Shown one piece after another: positions 29,507 to 39,966 of a stretch of DNA of 64,000 bases (position 1 is its first letter; every line of letters starts with the position of its first letter). Under the pieces are notes generated by a model. The model was not told where the DNA came from and made no database searches. It saw nothing but the letters and a program-made list of their open reading frames with translations. The stretch spans positions 193 through 64,192 of the forward strand of contig JAOQIN010000006.1 of NCBI GenBank assembly GCA_026134085.1. Direction: 5' to 3'. The position numbers and the translations under genes are program-made. This DNA comes from Candidatus Methanoxibalbensis ujae. GTDB taxonomy: Archaea > Halobacteriota > Syntropharchaeia > Alkanophagales > Methanospirareceae.

Positions 29507-30895
29507 TCACAGATTCAATCTCTCCTTCCAGTATTTTATCACCATTTCCACTTTTCTCTGCGCAATTCCTGTGTATTTTTCCGGATTAAAAACTATTTCC
29601 TTCTGTATATCAGTGAATTTTTGCAGGTAATAAGCGATTTCTTCATCCTGCATTGCTATCTGCCTGAGAGATTTTCCCTCTTTGTATGCTTTGAATGATA
29701 GAGTTCTGACTTTTTCATGAGCATCAGGATGGCCGTGAAGTGCCAGCATTATGTACAGTGGTTCTGCGATAATGTCATCTCTTGAAATATTGAAGTTACG
29801 CCTCATTCGCTCTCTGTCCACTGTCAATCTCTCGGATATGCGCTTTAATCTTCGTATGCAGTGGTCAAAAGCGACAAGAAGTTCTGCGATGTATCGCTGT
29901 GATGCGGAATTTGTGAGGTCTCTCTGATGTTCTGAAATCTGATCAAGGTGCATCGTCAATATCTGGGGCATAAAACGCTTCCATATGCTCTTAACATTTT
30001 CAAATCCGACAGGGTTCCGCTTTTGTGGCATTGTTGAGGAGCCAACCTGCGTCTCATGAACTCGCTCACTTACCTCTGCTATCTCGCTTCTCTGGAGATG
30101 CCGCATGTCGTCACAGAAGTTTGCAAGAACAGAAAAACATGCGATAACCGCATGAACAACCTCCAAAATGTTCTCAGGCGGCACTATCTGCGTTGATATA
30201 AGCGCAGGCTTCAGATTCAACTGCTTCAAAACATCCCTTTCAAATGATTCTGCATCATCAAAAACCGCTGAAATCGCGTTGTAAGCTCCGACAGCACCTG
30301 AAAATTTCCCTTCCAAACTCTCAGCGGCGCGCTTCAAACGCAGTATGCATGTGCCCAGCCTGTGCACATAAACAGCGATCGCGAAGCCGAATGTGATCGG
30401 GATTGCGTGCTGACCGTGTGTCCTGCCTATCTGTAATGTGTCCTTCTCCTCAGCTGCAATGGATATCCAAACGCGCTCAAGTGCAATCAGATCGGGGATT
30501 ATGACTTTCTCAAGAGCATCTTTGTAGCGAAGAGCGTTTGCTGTGTCCACAATATCATACGAAGTTGCGCAAAGATGCACATATGGTCTTGCCTCCTCGC
30601 TCACTCTTCTCCTTATCACATTCACCAACGCTCTTATGTCGTGTCTTGTGCGCTCCTCCTCCTCATAAACCTCGGCAGCGGTCACTTCATCACACGCTCT
30701 CACAATCTCCTCGCAATGTTCCTTCTTCATTATGCCCCGATCTGCAAGTGCGATCGCAAGTGCCGCTTCCACTTTCGCCTTGTATCTCACAAAAGCATCC
30801 TCTGAAAGATACTCACGGAGATCATCAACTGCATACCTGTAATCCGTCGGTGAGAACATTGAAAATCTTGAAAATTTTGATTCTTTTGATTTCAT
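29507..30895 (-). CDS. purB: Adenylosuccinate lyase
   Basis: SPTDYRY, TRHD, TSYDIVDTA, GRTHGQHA, GSSTMPQKRNP, EHQRDLT; start trimmed. Confidence 0.95.
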   Translation of the reverse strand: MKSKESKFSRFSMFSPTDYRYAVDDLREYLSEDAFVRYKAKVEAALAIALADRGIMKKEHCEEIVRACDEVTAAEVYEEEERTRHDIRALVNVIRRRVSEEARPYVHLCATSYDIVDTANALRYKDALEKVIIPDLIALERVWISIAAEEKDTLQIGRTHGQHAIPITFGFAIAVYVHRLGTCILRLKRAAESLEGKFSGAVGAYNAISAVFDDAESFERDVLKQLNLKPALISTQIVPPENILEVVHAVIACFSVLANFCDDMRHLQRSEIAEVSERVHETQVGSSTMPQKRNPVGFENVKSIWKRFMPQILTMHLDQISEHQRDLTNSASQRYIAELLVAFDHCIRRLKRISERLTVDRERMRRNFNISRDDIIAEPLYIMLALHGHPDAHEKVRTLSFKAYKEGKSLRQIAMQDEEIAYYLQKFTDIQKEIVFNPEKYTGIAQRKVEMVIKYWKERLNL

Positions 30896-30992
30896 CTCCA
30901 CGCTTTCCTTTTTTGTCCTTTCTTTTTGTCCTTTCTCGGACCTGTTGATTTTGAATCTTCCCGGTCTCAGTCCGGTCTCAAGTTTGGACATT

Positions 30993-31829
30993 TCACTCGC
31001 AGAACAGGCGTCGCTGTCTTGGGTCTTCAAGTGCTATGACCGTTTTCAACACCCACTCAATCCTGTTTCTCCATATGACATCATCCTCAGTGGCGCCTGT
31101 GTGTTTTGACTCAAAAATGAAGTAAACCCTGTCCTTCATCAGCATTTCATCCCTGTCCATTGGCTTTTCCGCTCTCACATCATGTCCGAGGCAGACACGC
31201 TGATCGCAGAAGAACTGACAGCGGTCATCATAAAAATAGAAGCAGCGAAATCTCGGCTTCGTCATGCCGAGCGTCTTTCCATTCCATGCGCTCGTGTGCA
31301 GGAACTCTCCGCTTTCAGATGTGTTTTCTGCGATTTTCACACGCTCCCTCTCCTTCTCAACATGCTTTACAAAATTCAACTCGCCCACCCTTATGCTCTC
31401 CGGTCGCCTGTCGTCAAGTGGGAAGAACTCGCTTATCTCAGCATCAACAACATCCCACCTGCTCAGATGATCATCACGAATCGGGAACACACGCCTCAGA
31501 TTTTTGTGCTCATCGGACGCTATTGCTGTTTCTCCATTCACATGTAATATGATGAAACGCATTCTCTCAGGCAGCATATCCGCGAACATGCCGCGCTCAA
31601 ACCATTCACGAAGTGCCCAGACGGTCTCCTTTCTGCCCTTTGGCTTGAACCTCACGAGACCTATGTCCCCCTGCAGCTTCTGCACATACACATGATAGGG
31701 AGCCTTCTGCCTGAGATTCCCGGATATCTCTCTTATCTCGCTCCATGTCAGCGGCTCCTCCTTCAGCGATAAAACCCTCTCAACCTCATTTTTGAACGCC
31801 TCATAACCCATACAGACACACCACCCCAT
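30993..31829 (-). CDS. Hypothetical protein: N-terminal wHTH-like domain, OB-like middle, C-x4-C-x2-H motif
   Basis: LTWSEIRE...LQGDIGL; RWDVV...DRRPES; FCDQRVCLGH. Confidence 0.7.
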   Translation of the reverse strand: MGWCVCMGYEAFKNEVERVLSLKEEPLTWSEIREISGNLRQKAPYHVYVQKLQGDIGLVRFKPKGRKETVWALREWFERGMFADMLPERMRFIILHVNGETAIASDEHKNLRRVFPIRDDHLSRWDVVDAEISEFFPLDDRRPESIRVGELNFVKHVEKERERVKIAENTSESGEFLHTSAWNGKTLGMTKPRFRCFYFYDDRCQFFCDQRVCLGHDVRAEKPMDRDEMLMKDRVYFIFESKHTGATEDDVIWRNRIEWVLKTVIALEDPRQRRLFCE

Positions 31830-31904
31830 GCTCCCCCATTCCCGCTCTCACATCACATCATACCATATCATCATATCATTATCCATTATCCATTCATTCT
31901 TCAT

Positions 31905-32330
31905 TCATTCTGACGACATCACGCACATATGAATTGTTCTTATCACCTCATCAACAGAACGAACAACTGAGCCGCATAGCCATCTCACAAAGGGGTCCAA
32001 TCTTCTCTCCCTATCCGTCCATATTCCCACGATCATCTTCCCCTTAGCCCGCGCATATCCTATCTCGCACATTGTGCCGGCATCCATTCCATCAAGAATG
32101 GCAACCACAACATCACTTCTCTCTATGCATCGCAAGTCCTCCTCAAAAACCTCTGAGGAGCCGCTTTCAACATATCCTATGTCAAGCGGCGTTTTCACAT
32201 GAGTGAATCCTGCATTCTCCATCGCGGATTTCAAATCTCTCATGAACGCTTCCTCTGAGGTCGTGAAGAAAGGGCCTATGATGAAAATGTCTCGCTCTTT
32301 CTCACCACTCATTACTCCCGCATTGGCCAC
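31905..32330 (-). CDS. Nucleoside 2-deoxyribosyltransferase family protein
   Basis: IFIIGPFF, D...I..SDVVVAILDG.DAGTMCEIGYA.AKGK. Confidence 0.88.
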   Translation of the reverse strand: MANAGVMSGEKERDIFIIGPFFTTSEEAFMRDLKSAMENAGFTHVKTPLDIGYVESGSSEVFEEDLRCIERSDVVVAILDGMDAGTMCEIGYARAKGKMIVGIWTDRERRLDPFVRWLCGSVVRSVDEVIRTIHMCVMSSE

Positions 32331-32672
32331 GACATAAAAAAAGAAAGCGCTTCATAGCGAGCGCCCACTCCGTCCTCTCTCTCATGATACACGATCTCCA
32401 ATAACACACAATCTCCATGCAATCAAAAGCTCTTTTCACCCTGATTTGGAAGGGCGCATCTCGTGGCGAGCCGCACAACTGCACCCGTGATTGCATGGCT
32501 CGCATTGCTGCATTCTTCAATTTCAATCTTCAATTTCAATGATGCATTCTTCAATCTCAATGATTCGCCTGTCGTTATGTGTGTGGAGGTGTGCAGCCTG
32601 CCACTGGTGATTGTCATCGGCTCCGAGCATAAGAAAAAAGGCAATTTTTTCCTTTGTTTTCATATTCAATTA

Positions 32673-32748
32673 TGCCCGCCTGCCATGCGTCTTCAGAGCG
32701 ATGAGCGTTGGGAGCGATGATGAGGATTCCACAAGGCGGGCGACACTT
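32673..32748 (+). ncRNA. Candidate single-hairpin archaeal H/ACA guide RNA
   Basis: Stem GCCCGCCU/AGGCGGGC followed by ACA; internal pocket; upper stem GUCUUC/GAGGAU; K-turn plus K-loop. Confidence 0.6.
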
Positions 32749-32828
32749 TCCCTATCGTGTCTGTGAGTGTGTGTGTGAATGTGAAGAATGTGCGTAGTGA
32801 GTATGAGCAAGTATGAATATGACGGCAT

Positions 32829-34751
32829 TCATGGCACACGACATATAAGCGAGCGTCTCCTGCAGTGTTCTCGTATGATATCTGCTCTTGTGATTATTCC
32901 GAGAAGTTCAGCCTCTCCCCGCACGATTCCCTCAGGGGCTGCGCTGCTTTCTGATGGTTTTTGACGCTTCACGACCGGAAGCCTTCCGACGCCGAAATTT
33001 TCCATTCGCTGCAAAGCATCTTCAAGGAACTCATCGGGATATGCGACGACCACATCTCTTATGCATATCTCGCCGACCGTGCTGTTCATCCTGCAGTCTT
33101 CGCGTGCGCGCTCAAGGTCTGTGATTGAGACGATGCCCACCATCCTGCCGCGCTCGTTCACCACTGGATACACGATATGACCCTGCTCTTCAGCGAATAA
33201 AAGCGCATCTGCAACACTCATTTTCTCGGGGATCGTGATTATGTCCTTTGTGCATGCATCTTTAACGCGAATTCCCTCAAGCAAGTCAACGAAAAACTCC
33301 CTGCGATGTGCGGGTGACTCTCTTCTTGTTTCAGTCTGCTCCGGGTATATGGTTATGTCTCCGCTCAGCATGTATGCGGGCACGATAGCGAGCAGCGCGG
33401 GCACAAAAAGCTCATAAGAGCCTGAAATTTCGCAGACAACGAAAAGCGATGTGAGCGGTGCATTCGCTGCAGCAGCGAAGAAAGCAGCAGCGCCAACAAG
33501 CGCAAAAACCCCCGGCTCCGCATCATGAAATGTCTGAAGCGCTTCTCCCAGCAATCCGCCGAGCGCGGCACCTATGGTGAGTGATGGAACGAAGGAACCT
33601 CCACTTCCGCCGGAACCGAGAGTGAGAGATGTCGCAATTATTTTCGCAATCATAACACACATGAGCACAACAATCGTGAGCTCTCCGCGGAAAGCGAGCT
33701 GCAGGAAACCGTAGCCACCGCCGAGAATGCCTGATGTGAAATCAATGCACGCTCTTTCATAATCACAAATCACCGTAAGCAGCATGATGAAAAGAAGAAA
33801 AATGACGCCAAACAACAGACCGCCGAGCGCGGGTTTCAGAAAATTCGGCACACTTTTTATTCCATAAAAAAAATGCTTGGCATATGCTGAAGTCTTCGCA
33901 AATAAAAATGAGAGAGGAACACACAAAATTCCGAGAACGAGGAAGAAGAAGAGAGGAAGCGGTTTGAAAATGGAATCTATGTTGAAATGCATCTCATATA
34001 TGTGCCCGAGACCGAAGAAGGAGCACGACACCACATATGCTGAGATCGCGCTTATTATCGCTGGAATCAACGCTTCAACCTCCATATCACGTCTGTAAAG
34101 CGTTTCAATGCCGAAAAAAGCACCTCCAAGCGGTGATTTGAATATGGCGGCAATTCCAGCACCTGCACCAGCAACCACAAGCCTCCTGCGCTCCCTGCTG
34201 CTGAGTGAACGCCTGAACTTACCCAATACCGAACCTATCGCAGCGCCGAGCATGGCACTCGGGCCCTCACGACCAGCACTGCCGCCTGTTGATATAGTGA
34301 GAACCGAGCATATACCACGTATAATGCCCTCCTTCGCTGAGATTTCACCCTGACGATTGTGAAAAGCATCTATGAAAACGCCTGTCTCGTGAAAATCCCA
34401 CCACCTATTGCGGAGGAAATGAGATTTCAGTATGCCCACTATAAGACCTCCAAATGCCGGAATCAATGCGAGAACAAGCATGAATAGGGGACTTGAGAAC
34501 GCTCCCCTCCCCAGAAGCGCGTGAAAGCGAAAGAACTCCTTTTCATATGCGGGCATTGGCATCTCATAGGCGCCGAGATTCCCAATGTGATGAAGGAAGA
34601 AGGGAGAAAAAAAGCTCAATGCAATAAAAAACAGTGCTATCCCGAGACCAACAGTTATGCCGACAAGCGCATAATGAAATGTCAGCTTTCCCCATGTCTC
34701 CAGTTCCTTGAGCTCGTATGCCATCTCATCCACCCGCTTCGTCAGACTCAC
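32829..34751 (-). CDS. CLC chloride channel/antiporter with C-terminal CBS domains
   Basis: GGSAGREGP, GSGGSGG.F.P, APLT...E, two CBS repeats. Confidence 0.93.
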   Translation of the reverse strand: MSLTKRVDEMAYELKELETWGKLTFHYALVGITVGLGIALFFIALSFFSPFFLHHIGNLGAYEMPMPAYEKEFFRFHALLGRGAFSSPLFMLVLALIPAFGGLIVGILKSHFLRNRWWDFHETGVFIDAFHNRQGEISAKEGIIRGICSVLTISTGGSAGREGPSAMLGAAIGSVLGKFRRSLSSRERRRLVVAGAGAGIAAIFKSPLGGAFFGIETLYRRDMEVEALIPAIISAISAYVVSCSFFGLGHIYEMHFNIDSIFKPLPLFFFLVLGILCVPLSFLFAKTSAYAKHFFYGIKSVPNFLKPALGGLLFGVIFLLFIMLLTVICDYERACIDFTSGILGGGYGFLQLAFRGELTIVVLMCVMIAKIIATSLTLGSGGSGGSFVPSLTIGAALGGLLGEALQTFHDAEPGVFALVGAAAFFAAAANAPLTSLFVVCEISGSYELFVPALLAIVPAYMLSGDITIYPEQTETRRESPAHRREFFVDLLEGIRVKDACTKDIITIPEKMSVADALLFAEEQGHIVYPVVNERGRMVGIVSITDLERAREDCRMNSTVGEICIRDVVVAYPDEFLEDALQRMENFGVGRLPVVKRQKPSESSAAPEGIVRGEAELLGIITRADIIREHCRRRSLICRVP

Positions 34752-35015
34752 TCAGCAGCCATCGTTAAATTACGCCTCGTCAATCGTTATTTTTATCCGC
34801 TTCTGTCCACTTAAGATGTCTCATCAGTCATCAGAAAAAATTCAAACTCATGCTTCCATGCCTGATGTTACGGCGGAGCGGCGGAGGAGTCGGCACTGCT
34901 CGAAGCAGGTGCCTTTAAACGACTTTGAAGGTGAGAAATGATGAGAGCAGAAACGGCTGGTGACATGAGCTTGCATATGCAAGCATGCAAGCATGCAAGC
35001 ATGCGAGCAGGATGA

Positions 35016-35951
35016 GTGTTGGTCGCGATGACAGTATGCAGCAGGAGGAATTGCAGTAAACCCGCAGTGATATACCAGAAATATTCAGGATTGCATCTAT
35101 GCAGGGAGCATTTTCTTATTGATGTTGAGCGAAAAGTGAGGGATGAGATGCGCAAGCATGCGATGATAGGTAGAAATGAGCGAATTGCTGTTGCATTAAG
35201 TGGTGGAAAGGACAGTTCAGTGCTTCTTTTCATGCTGAAACGGATACTGAAAGAGAGAAGAGATCTTGAAATATTCGCAATTTCCGTTGATGAGGGAATT
35301 GGAGGATTCCGTGATAAGACGATTGAGAATGCGCGCCGTGTGGCTGAGGAGCTGGGTGTGCAGCATCACATATTCTCATTTGAGTCATATTTTGGACTCA
35401 CAGTTGACGATTTTGCATCTGCCGGATTTGAGCAGGCACCCTGCTCTTTCTGTGGAGTGCTGCGCAGGAAGTTGATAGAGAAAAAGGCGCGTGAGCTCGG
35501 AGCCACGAAGGTCGCAGTTGCGCATAACCTTGATGATGAGGCACAGACAATCATGCTGAACTACCTGAAGGGAGATTTTGAGAGATTGATCCGCCTGAAC
35601 GCACGAAGAGAGGAGTTCATCCCCCGCATAAAACCACTTCGCTCAGTGCCTGAAAAGGAAATTGCGCTTTATGCGATCATTCGTAAAATACCTTTTACGA
35701 CGGCTGAATGTCCGTATGTGCGAAGATCATTGAGATTCTCTGTCAAAAAAATGTTGAATGATATGGAGCGCCTGCATGCGGGCATAAAATATTCGGTTGT
35801 GCGCGGATACGAGCGTCTTGTGAGGATGCTGCCCTCTCAGAAATACGAGCTCAGACACTGTGAAATATGCGGATATCCTTCCGCATCAGATATATGCAAA
35901 TCCTGCGAAATGCTCACAAAACTGCGACAGCGACTTCAGCACGGCGACTGA
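35016..35951 (+). CDS. tRNA thiolase, TIGR00269/NcsA-TtuA family
   Basis: PP-loop SGGKDS, CSFCGVLRR, HNLDD, CPY, C-terminal CEICG...CKSC. Confidence 0.9.
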   Translation: MLVAMTVCSRRNCSKPAVIYQKYSGLHLCREHFLIDVERKVRDEMRKHAMIGRNERIAVALSGGKDSSVLLFMLKRILKERRDLEIFAISVDEGIGGFRDKTIENARRVAEELGVQHHIFSFESYFGLTVDDFASAGFEQAPCSFCGVLRRKLIEKKARELGATKVAVAHNLDDEAQTIMLNYLKGDFERLIRLNARREEFIPRIKPLRSVPEKEIALYAIIRKIPFTTAECPYVRRSLRFSVKKMLNDMERLHAGIKYSVVRGYERLVRMLPSQKYELRHCEICGYPSASDICKSCEMLTKLRQRLQHGD

Positions 35952-36772
35952 CCTCGCCTGATTATTTTGAGAAAATCATCCACAAAGGATAAAGCCTCAG
36001 GAAGTATCATGAAAACTGCATAAGCAATTATGAAAAGCGACAGAAGCGTCAGTGATCTCGCGATATAGTCGTGCGCAATGTCAAAACTCTCAATAGGCGT
36101 GCATCCTAAGGATTCAAACCAGTTCTCAAAATATGCAGCGCAAACAAACACATTCCTCAAAATGTTCAGCACATATATCACCGGCACAGATATGAGAAAT
36201 GCAATTATCCTCCTCTTAATGTGAGCTGAAACGCCGAGCGTCAGACCGGCAAACAGCGCCATGCTCTGTATTGCGGTGCATGCGAGAATTATCGTCACAG
36301 GTCCGTATGACTTATGAAAATCGCCTTGCGTGTATATGTTCGCCGGATACTCAGTGTATGTATGTGTTATAAAATTGAGAACACGGGATGTCAGCGATGC
36401 GGTTCCATATATTATCAGATCATTCATAAAAGGAATCTCGGCAAATGTGAAATATACAACTGATGCGATGAACGCAACTCTTGTAAGCGTCAAAAAAGTG
36501 TGTCTCGCACCATCTGACCATCTGAACACAAATAAAAAACATGTAAAAACTCCAAATAGAACGAAAAAAATGCTCATTATCGCGTCAAATTCCTCTCCCT
36601 CGCTCGCATATTGAGATGCCTCAACATATGCATACACGCATATCAGCATCCACGCGATTATGTTCATCGTCCTGAACGCACGCTCTTTTTTATGCGCGCC
36701 TTTTATTGCTGCGTCAAGCAGAAGCGATGTCCCGAACAGCAGAGATGCTGTGAATGATACAAAACCATACAT
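35936..36772 (-). CDS. artA: Archaeosortase A
   Basis: IILACTAIQSMALF, VIYVLNILRN, SFDIAH (Cys/Arg/His residues). Confidence 0.9.
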   Translation of the reverse strand: MYGFVSFTASLLFGTSLLLDAAIKGAHKKERAFRTMNIIAWMLICVYAYVEASQYASEGEEFDAIMSIFFVLFGVFTCFLFVFRWSDGARHTFLTLTRVAFIASVVYFTFAEIPFMNDLIIYGTASLTSRVLNFITHTYTEYPANIYTQGDFHKSYGPVTIILACTAIQSMALFAGLTLGVSAHIKRRIIAFLISVPVIYVLNILRNVFVCAAYFENWFESLGCTPIESFDIAHDYIARSLTLLSLFIIAYAVFMILPEALSFVDDFLKIIRRGQSPC

Positions 36773-37444
36773 GCTGACATCCCTCCTCTCATTATGCTTC
36801 GTTTCATTTTTTTACCTTTTCAGTGAAATTCTGGTTTCTGCAACGCATGAGACATGAGTGAGCGTATGAGTGTGCGTCATTCTGCCCGGCGTTGTGAGCT
36901 TTCTGAACGCAGCAGTGAGAGCTTGTTCTGCCGAAGTCCATCTTTTTCGCCTCAAGGCCATCTTTTTCGCCTCAAGGAGACTCCTCAGGGATCGGGAGGA
37001 ATTGGGTATATTAAAAGAGGATATATCACCATGACCATACATCTTGCCAGAAGCGTGACGACCGGGGATCAACCTGAATTTCCTTCTCTATATAATAATA
37101 TATTCAAATTACTATTACATCCTTGATTTCTATCTGTGTGGAAACAATGAATCTGAATCCTGCAAAAAAGGGAAAGTTTCTGTTTGCTCTGATATGAAGA
37201 AGGAGATGTTGTGGAAGTTTTAATTCATTCGAATCTGTTAGAAACAAAAAAGAGTTTAAAGGGAGCAGTAAACCTCGATTTTATCCTTTCGGTAAATGGA
37301 CAGAAGGATCGGTAATGAGAGGCGGAACTGTGCAAATGCATTAATGAATCCGTGATTGTTGCCGGGTTGCGTCACCCGCAGTGACATCAGCCCAGTAGGG
37401 GAGAGGTAGTCCATGTATCAGCATCAAATAATTATATAATTATC

Positions 37445-38122
37445 ATGTCAAACACAAAGCCCGGCAGGATGTTCATCGCGGCGGTTCAGCGGTTCTCACT
37501 CATTGAATATCCCGGCAAGATATCATGTGTGGTGTTCACTCAGGGCTGTAATTTCCGCTGCTCATACTGTTTCAATCCCGAACTCATACCGATTCGCAAA
37601 GGCATTATCGCGGAGAGCGAAGTGCTTTCTTTTCTTGAACGCCGTCGTTCGCTGCTGGATGCTGTTGTTCTCACGGGAGGGGAGCCCCTGCTTCATGAGA
37701 TCGCAGACTTCATCAATGCAATAAAGCAAAATTTCCTTGTGGGACTCGTGACAAACGGATCATTTCCCGAGCGCCTCCTGCATGTCATTGATTCAATTGA
37801 TTTTGTTGCGATGGATGTGAAGGCACCACCTCACAAATATGAAAATGTGGTTGGAGTGAAGATTTCACCTGAAAAAATCATGAAAAGCATATCAATCATC
37901 ATGAAAAAGGCGAAGGATTATGAGTTCCGCACAACTGTCATAAAAACACTGAGTAAGGAGGATGTTATAGATATAGGAAGAATGGTGGAAGGCGCAAAGA
38001 AACTCGTGCTTCAGAGACCCCGATCGGCGAAAGGTGTTTATGTTTCGCCTCGTGAGAGCACTGAAATTGAGGAATTGCGTCGTAAACTGGAGAGATATGT
38101 GCAGAAATGCATCGTTCGCTGA
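37445..38122 (+). CDS. nrdG: Anaerobic ribonucleotide reductase activating radical SAM protein
   Basis: SLIEYPG, GCNFRCSYCFNP, TGGEP, TNGS, MDVKAP, YEFRTT. Confidence 0.88.
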   Translation: MSNTKPGRMFIAAVQRFSLIEYPGKISCVVFTQGCNFRCSYCFNPELIPIRKGIIAESEVLSFLERRRSLLDAVVLTGGEPLLHEIADFINAIKQNFLVGLVTNGSFPERLLHVIDSIDFVAMDVKAPPHKYENVVGVKISPEKIMKSISIIMKKAKDYEFRTTVIKTLSKEDVIDIGRMVEGAKKLVLQRPRSAKGVYVSPRESTEIEELRRKLERYVQKCIVR

Positions 38123-38202
38123 TGCTTATTATGCGCAATATGCGATGTGAGGGGCGGCGCGAAGTGGCGCTGAAGGAAGTGGCGCGGATGAGTGGTTGAG
38201 GG

Positions 38203-39405
38203 ATGAACAGACATTTGAAAATAAAAGGAACAATGAGAAAGATGGGCGCGGAGTGTGAAGTGCTGAGCATACTGAGGAAGCATGGCGTGGACACTGTTGC
38301 TGTGTTGCCTTGCGACAGGATAAGGCGCCTGATCTGGCTTTTGGAGCGTGATGAATCATTTGACAAGATACATCTGCTCAAGGAGGAGGATGGTGTTGGC
38401 GTCTGTGCGGGCATTTCGCTATGCGGCGGTCGTCCTGCGATGCTTATACAGAGCTCAGGTCTTGGGAACGCGTTCAACGCGATTCTATCGCTTTCAATGT
38501 TTTATGGTCTGCCGCTTCCCGTGATTGCGAGTTGGCGGGGTATTTATAAGGAGAAGATACCTGCGCAGATTCCATTCAACGAAAATCTGCCTGCAGTGCT
38601 TGATGCTTTTAAAATACCTTTCCGCGTGATGAGGCATGCAGAGGACATTGAGATGCTTGATGAGGTTTTAAATTACTCCTTTGATCATGAAGTTCCGTTT
38701 GTTTTGTTGATATCTCCGGAGTTTTGGGAGCAAAGCAATGAATTGGAGCAAAATGCTGAGCAGGATTATTTTTCTGCTCGTCCATCTCAAAGAAAATGGA
38801 AGCGCGTGCTTATCCCTCAGCGAGATGAGTTTGTGAAGCCGGAGATGACGAGGTATGATGCGATAAGGATAATCGCGTCTTTTTTGAGCGATGAGGTCGT
38901 CGTCTCAAACATAGGTGTGCCCTCAAAGGAGCTGTTCGCCTCCCGTGACCGTGCGCTGAATTTCTACATGCTCGGCTCTTACAGTCAGGTTTCATGCATA
39001 GGTCTCGGAATCTCGCTCAGAACGAGGAGAGATGTGTTCGTCCTTGAGGGAGATGGCAGCATGCTCGCAACAAGCATATATCCGGTGATCGCAGAGAAAA
39101 ATCCGGATAACCTCACGATTTTCTGCCTTGACAACGGCACATTCGGCAGCACAGGAGACCAGCCGACGCATGCTCTCTCCGTAGTTGACCTTGAGATCGT
39201 GGCAAGAGGTTTTGGCATTGAAAACACAAAAAAAGTGAAGAGCGCTTCAGAGCTCACCCGGGTTATGGAGACAATTCACAGCGAAAAAGGCGCTAAATTC
39301 GTTCATATTGTTTTGAAACCGGGTAATGCAGATGTGAAAAACATACCTCTCAAGCACTATGAGATCAAAGAGAGGTTCAAAGCAGCGGTGAAGGGGGAAA
39401 AATAG
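38203..39405 (+). CDS. comDE: Fused sulfopyruvate decarboxylase alpha/beta (coenzyme M biosynthesis)
   Basis: EEDGVGVCAG, IQSSGLGN, WRG..E..PAQ, NFYMLGS, TPP motif GDGS...DNG. Confidence 0.88.
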   Translation: MNRHLKIKGTMRKMGAECEVLSILRKHGVDTVAVLPCDRIRRLIWLLERDESFDKIHLLKEEDGVGVCAGISLCGGRPAMLIQSSGLGNAFNAILSLSMFYGLPLPVIASWRGIYKEKIPAQIPFNENLPAVLDAFKIPFRVMRHAEDIEMLDEVLNYSFDHEVPFVLLISPEFWEQSNELEQNAEQDYFSARPSQRKWKRVLIPQRDEFVKPEMTRYDAIRIIASFLSDEVVVSNIGVPSKELFASRDRALNFYMLGSYSQVSCIGLGISLRTRRDVFVLEGDGSMLATSIYPVIAEKNPDNLTIFCLDNGTFGSTGDQPTHALSVVDLEIVARGFGIENTKKVKSASELTRVMETIHSEKGAKFVHIVLKPGNADVKNIPLKHYEIKERFKAAVKGEK

Positions 39406-39474
39406 AGTGTTGTCCTGTTTCATTTCCGTAAACGCCCGGATCCACTTCTCACGGAGCTTCCTTTCACTGTAACC

Positions 39475-39573
39475 GCAGCGGATGCGGCGGATGCAGCGAA
39501 TGCAGCGAATGCAGTGGATGCAGTGGATGCAGTGGATGTAGTGGATGCAGTGGATGCAGCGAATGCAGCGGAT
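39475..39573. repeat. Tandem repeat, 11 x 9 bp (consensus GCAGYGRAT)
   Basis: Eleven contiguous units upstream of the rpl44e promoter region. Confidence 0.95.
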
Positions 39574-39646
39574 GTCACAGCAGTGTGTGAGGGGAGCAGT
39601 GTGTGAGGGGAAGTTTAATGTTATGCAGACACATTTCTTGAAGTAA

Positions 39647-39928
39647 ATGAAGATGCCAAACCGCGTTCGGACATATTGCCCGTTCTGTGGCAGGCACACC
39701 ATACATGATGTGGAGCGCGTGCGGAGGGGCAGACCTTCATCGCTGAAATGGATCGTCAGACAGAAAAAAAGGAAGCCGGGCAGAGGTAACAAGGGGAAGT
39801 TCTCAAAGGTTCCGGGCGGTGACAAGCCAACTAAGAAAGTATTTCTGCGATTCAAATGCACTGAATGTCGAAAAAAGCATCAGGGAGAGGGTTTCAGGGT
39901 TTCACGATTTGAGCTTGTGGAGCATTAG
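39647..39928 (+). CDS. rpl44e: 50S ribosomal protein L44e
   Basis: RTYCPFC..HT, KPTKK...RFKCTECRK.H. Confidence 0.95.
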   Translation: MKMPNRVRTYCPFCGRHTIHDVERVRRGRPSSLKWIVRQKKRKPGRGNKGKFSKVPGGDKPTKKVFLRFKCTECRKKHQGEGFRVSRFELVEH

Positions 39929-39966
39929 GCGGTGAAGTTTTATTCCTTCTCAATCCATATTCAGAT

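Noticed and set aside
39247-39861. ORF with CIHCIHCIRCIR repeats as a metal-binding protein
   Set aside because: Translation of the 9-bp tandem repeat, antisense to comDE and rpl44e.
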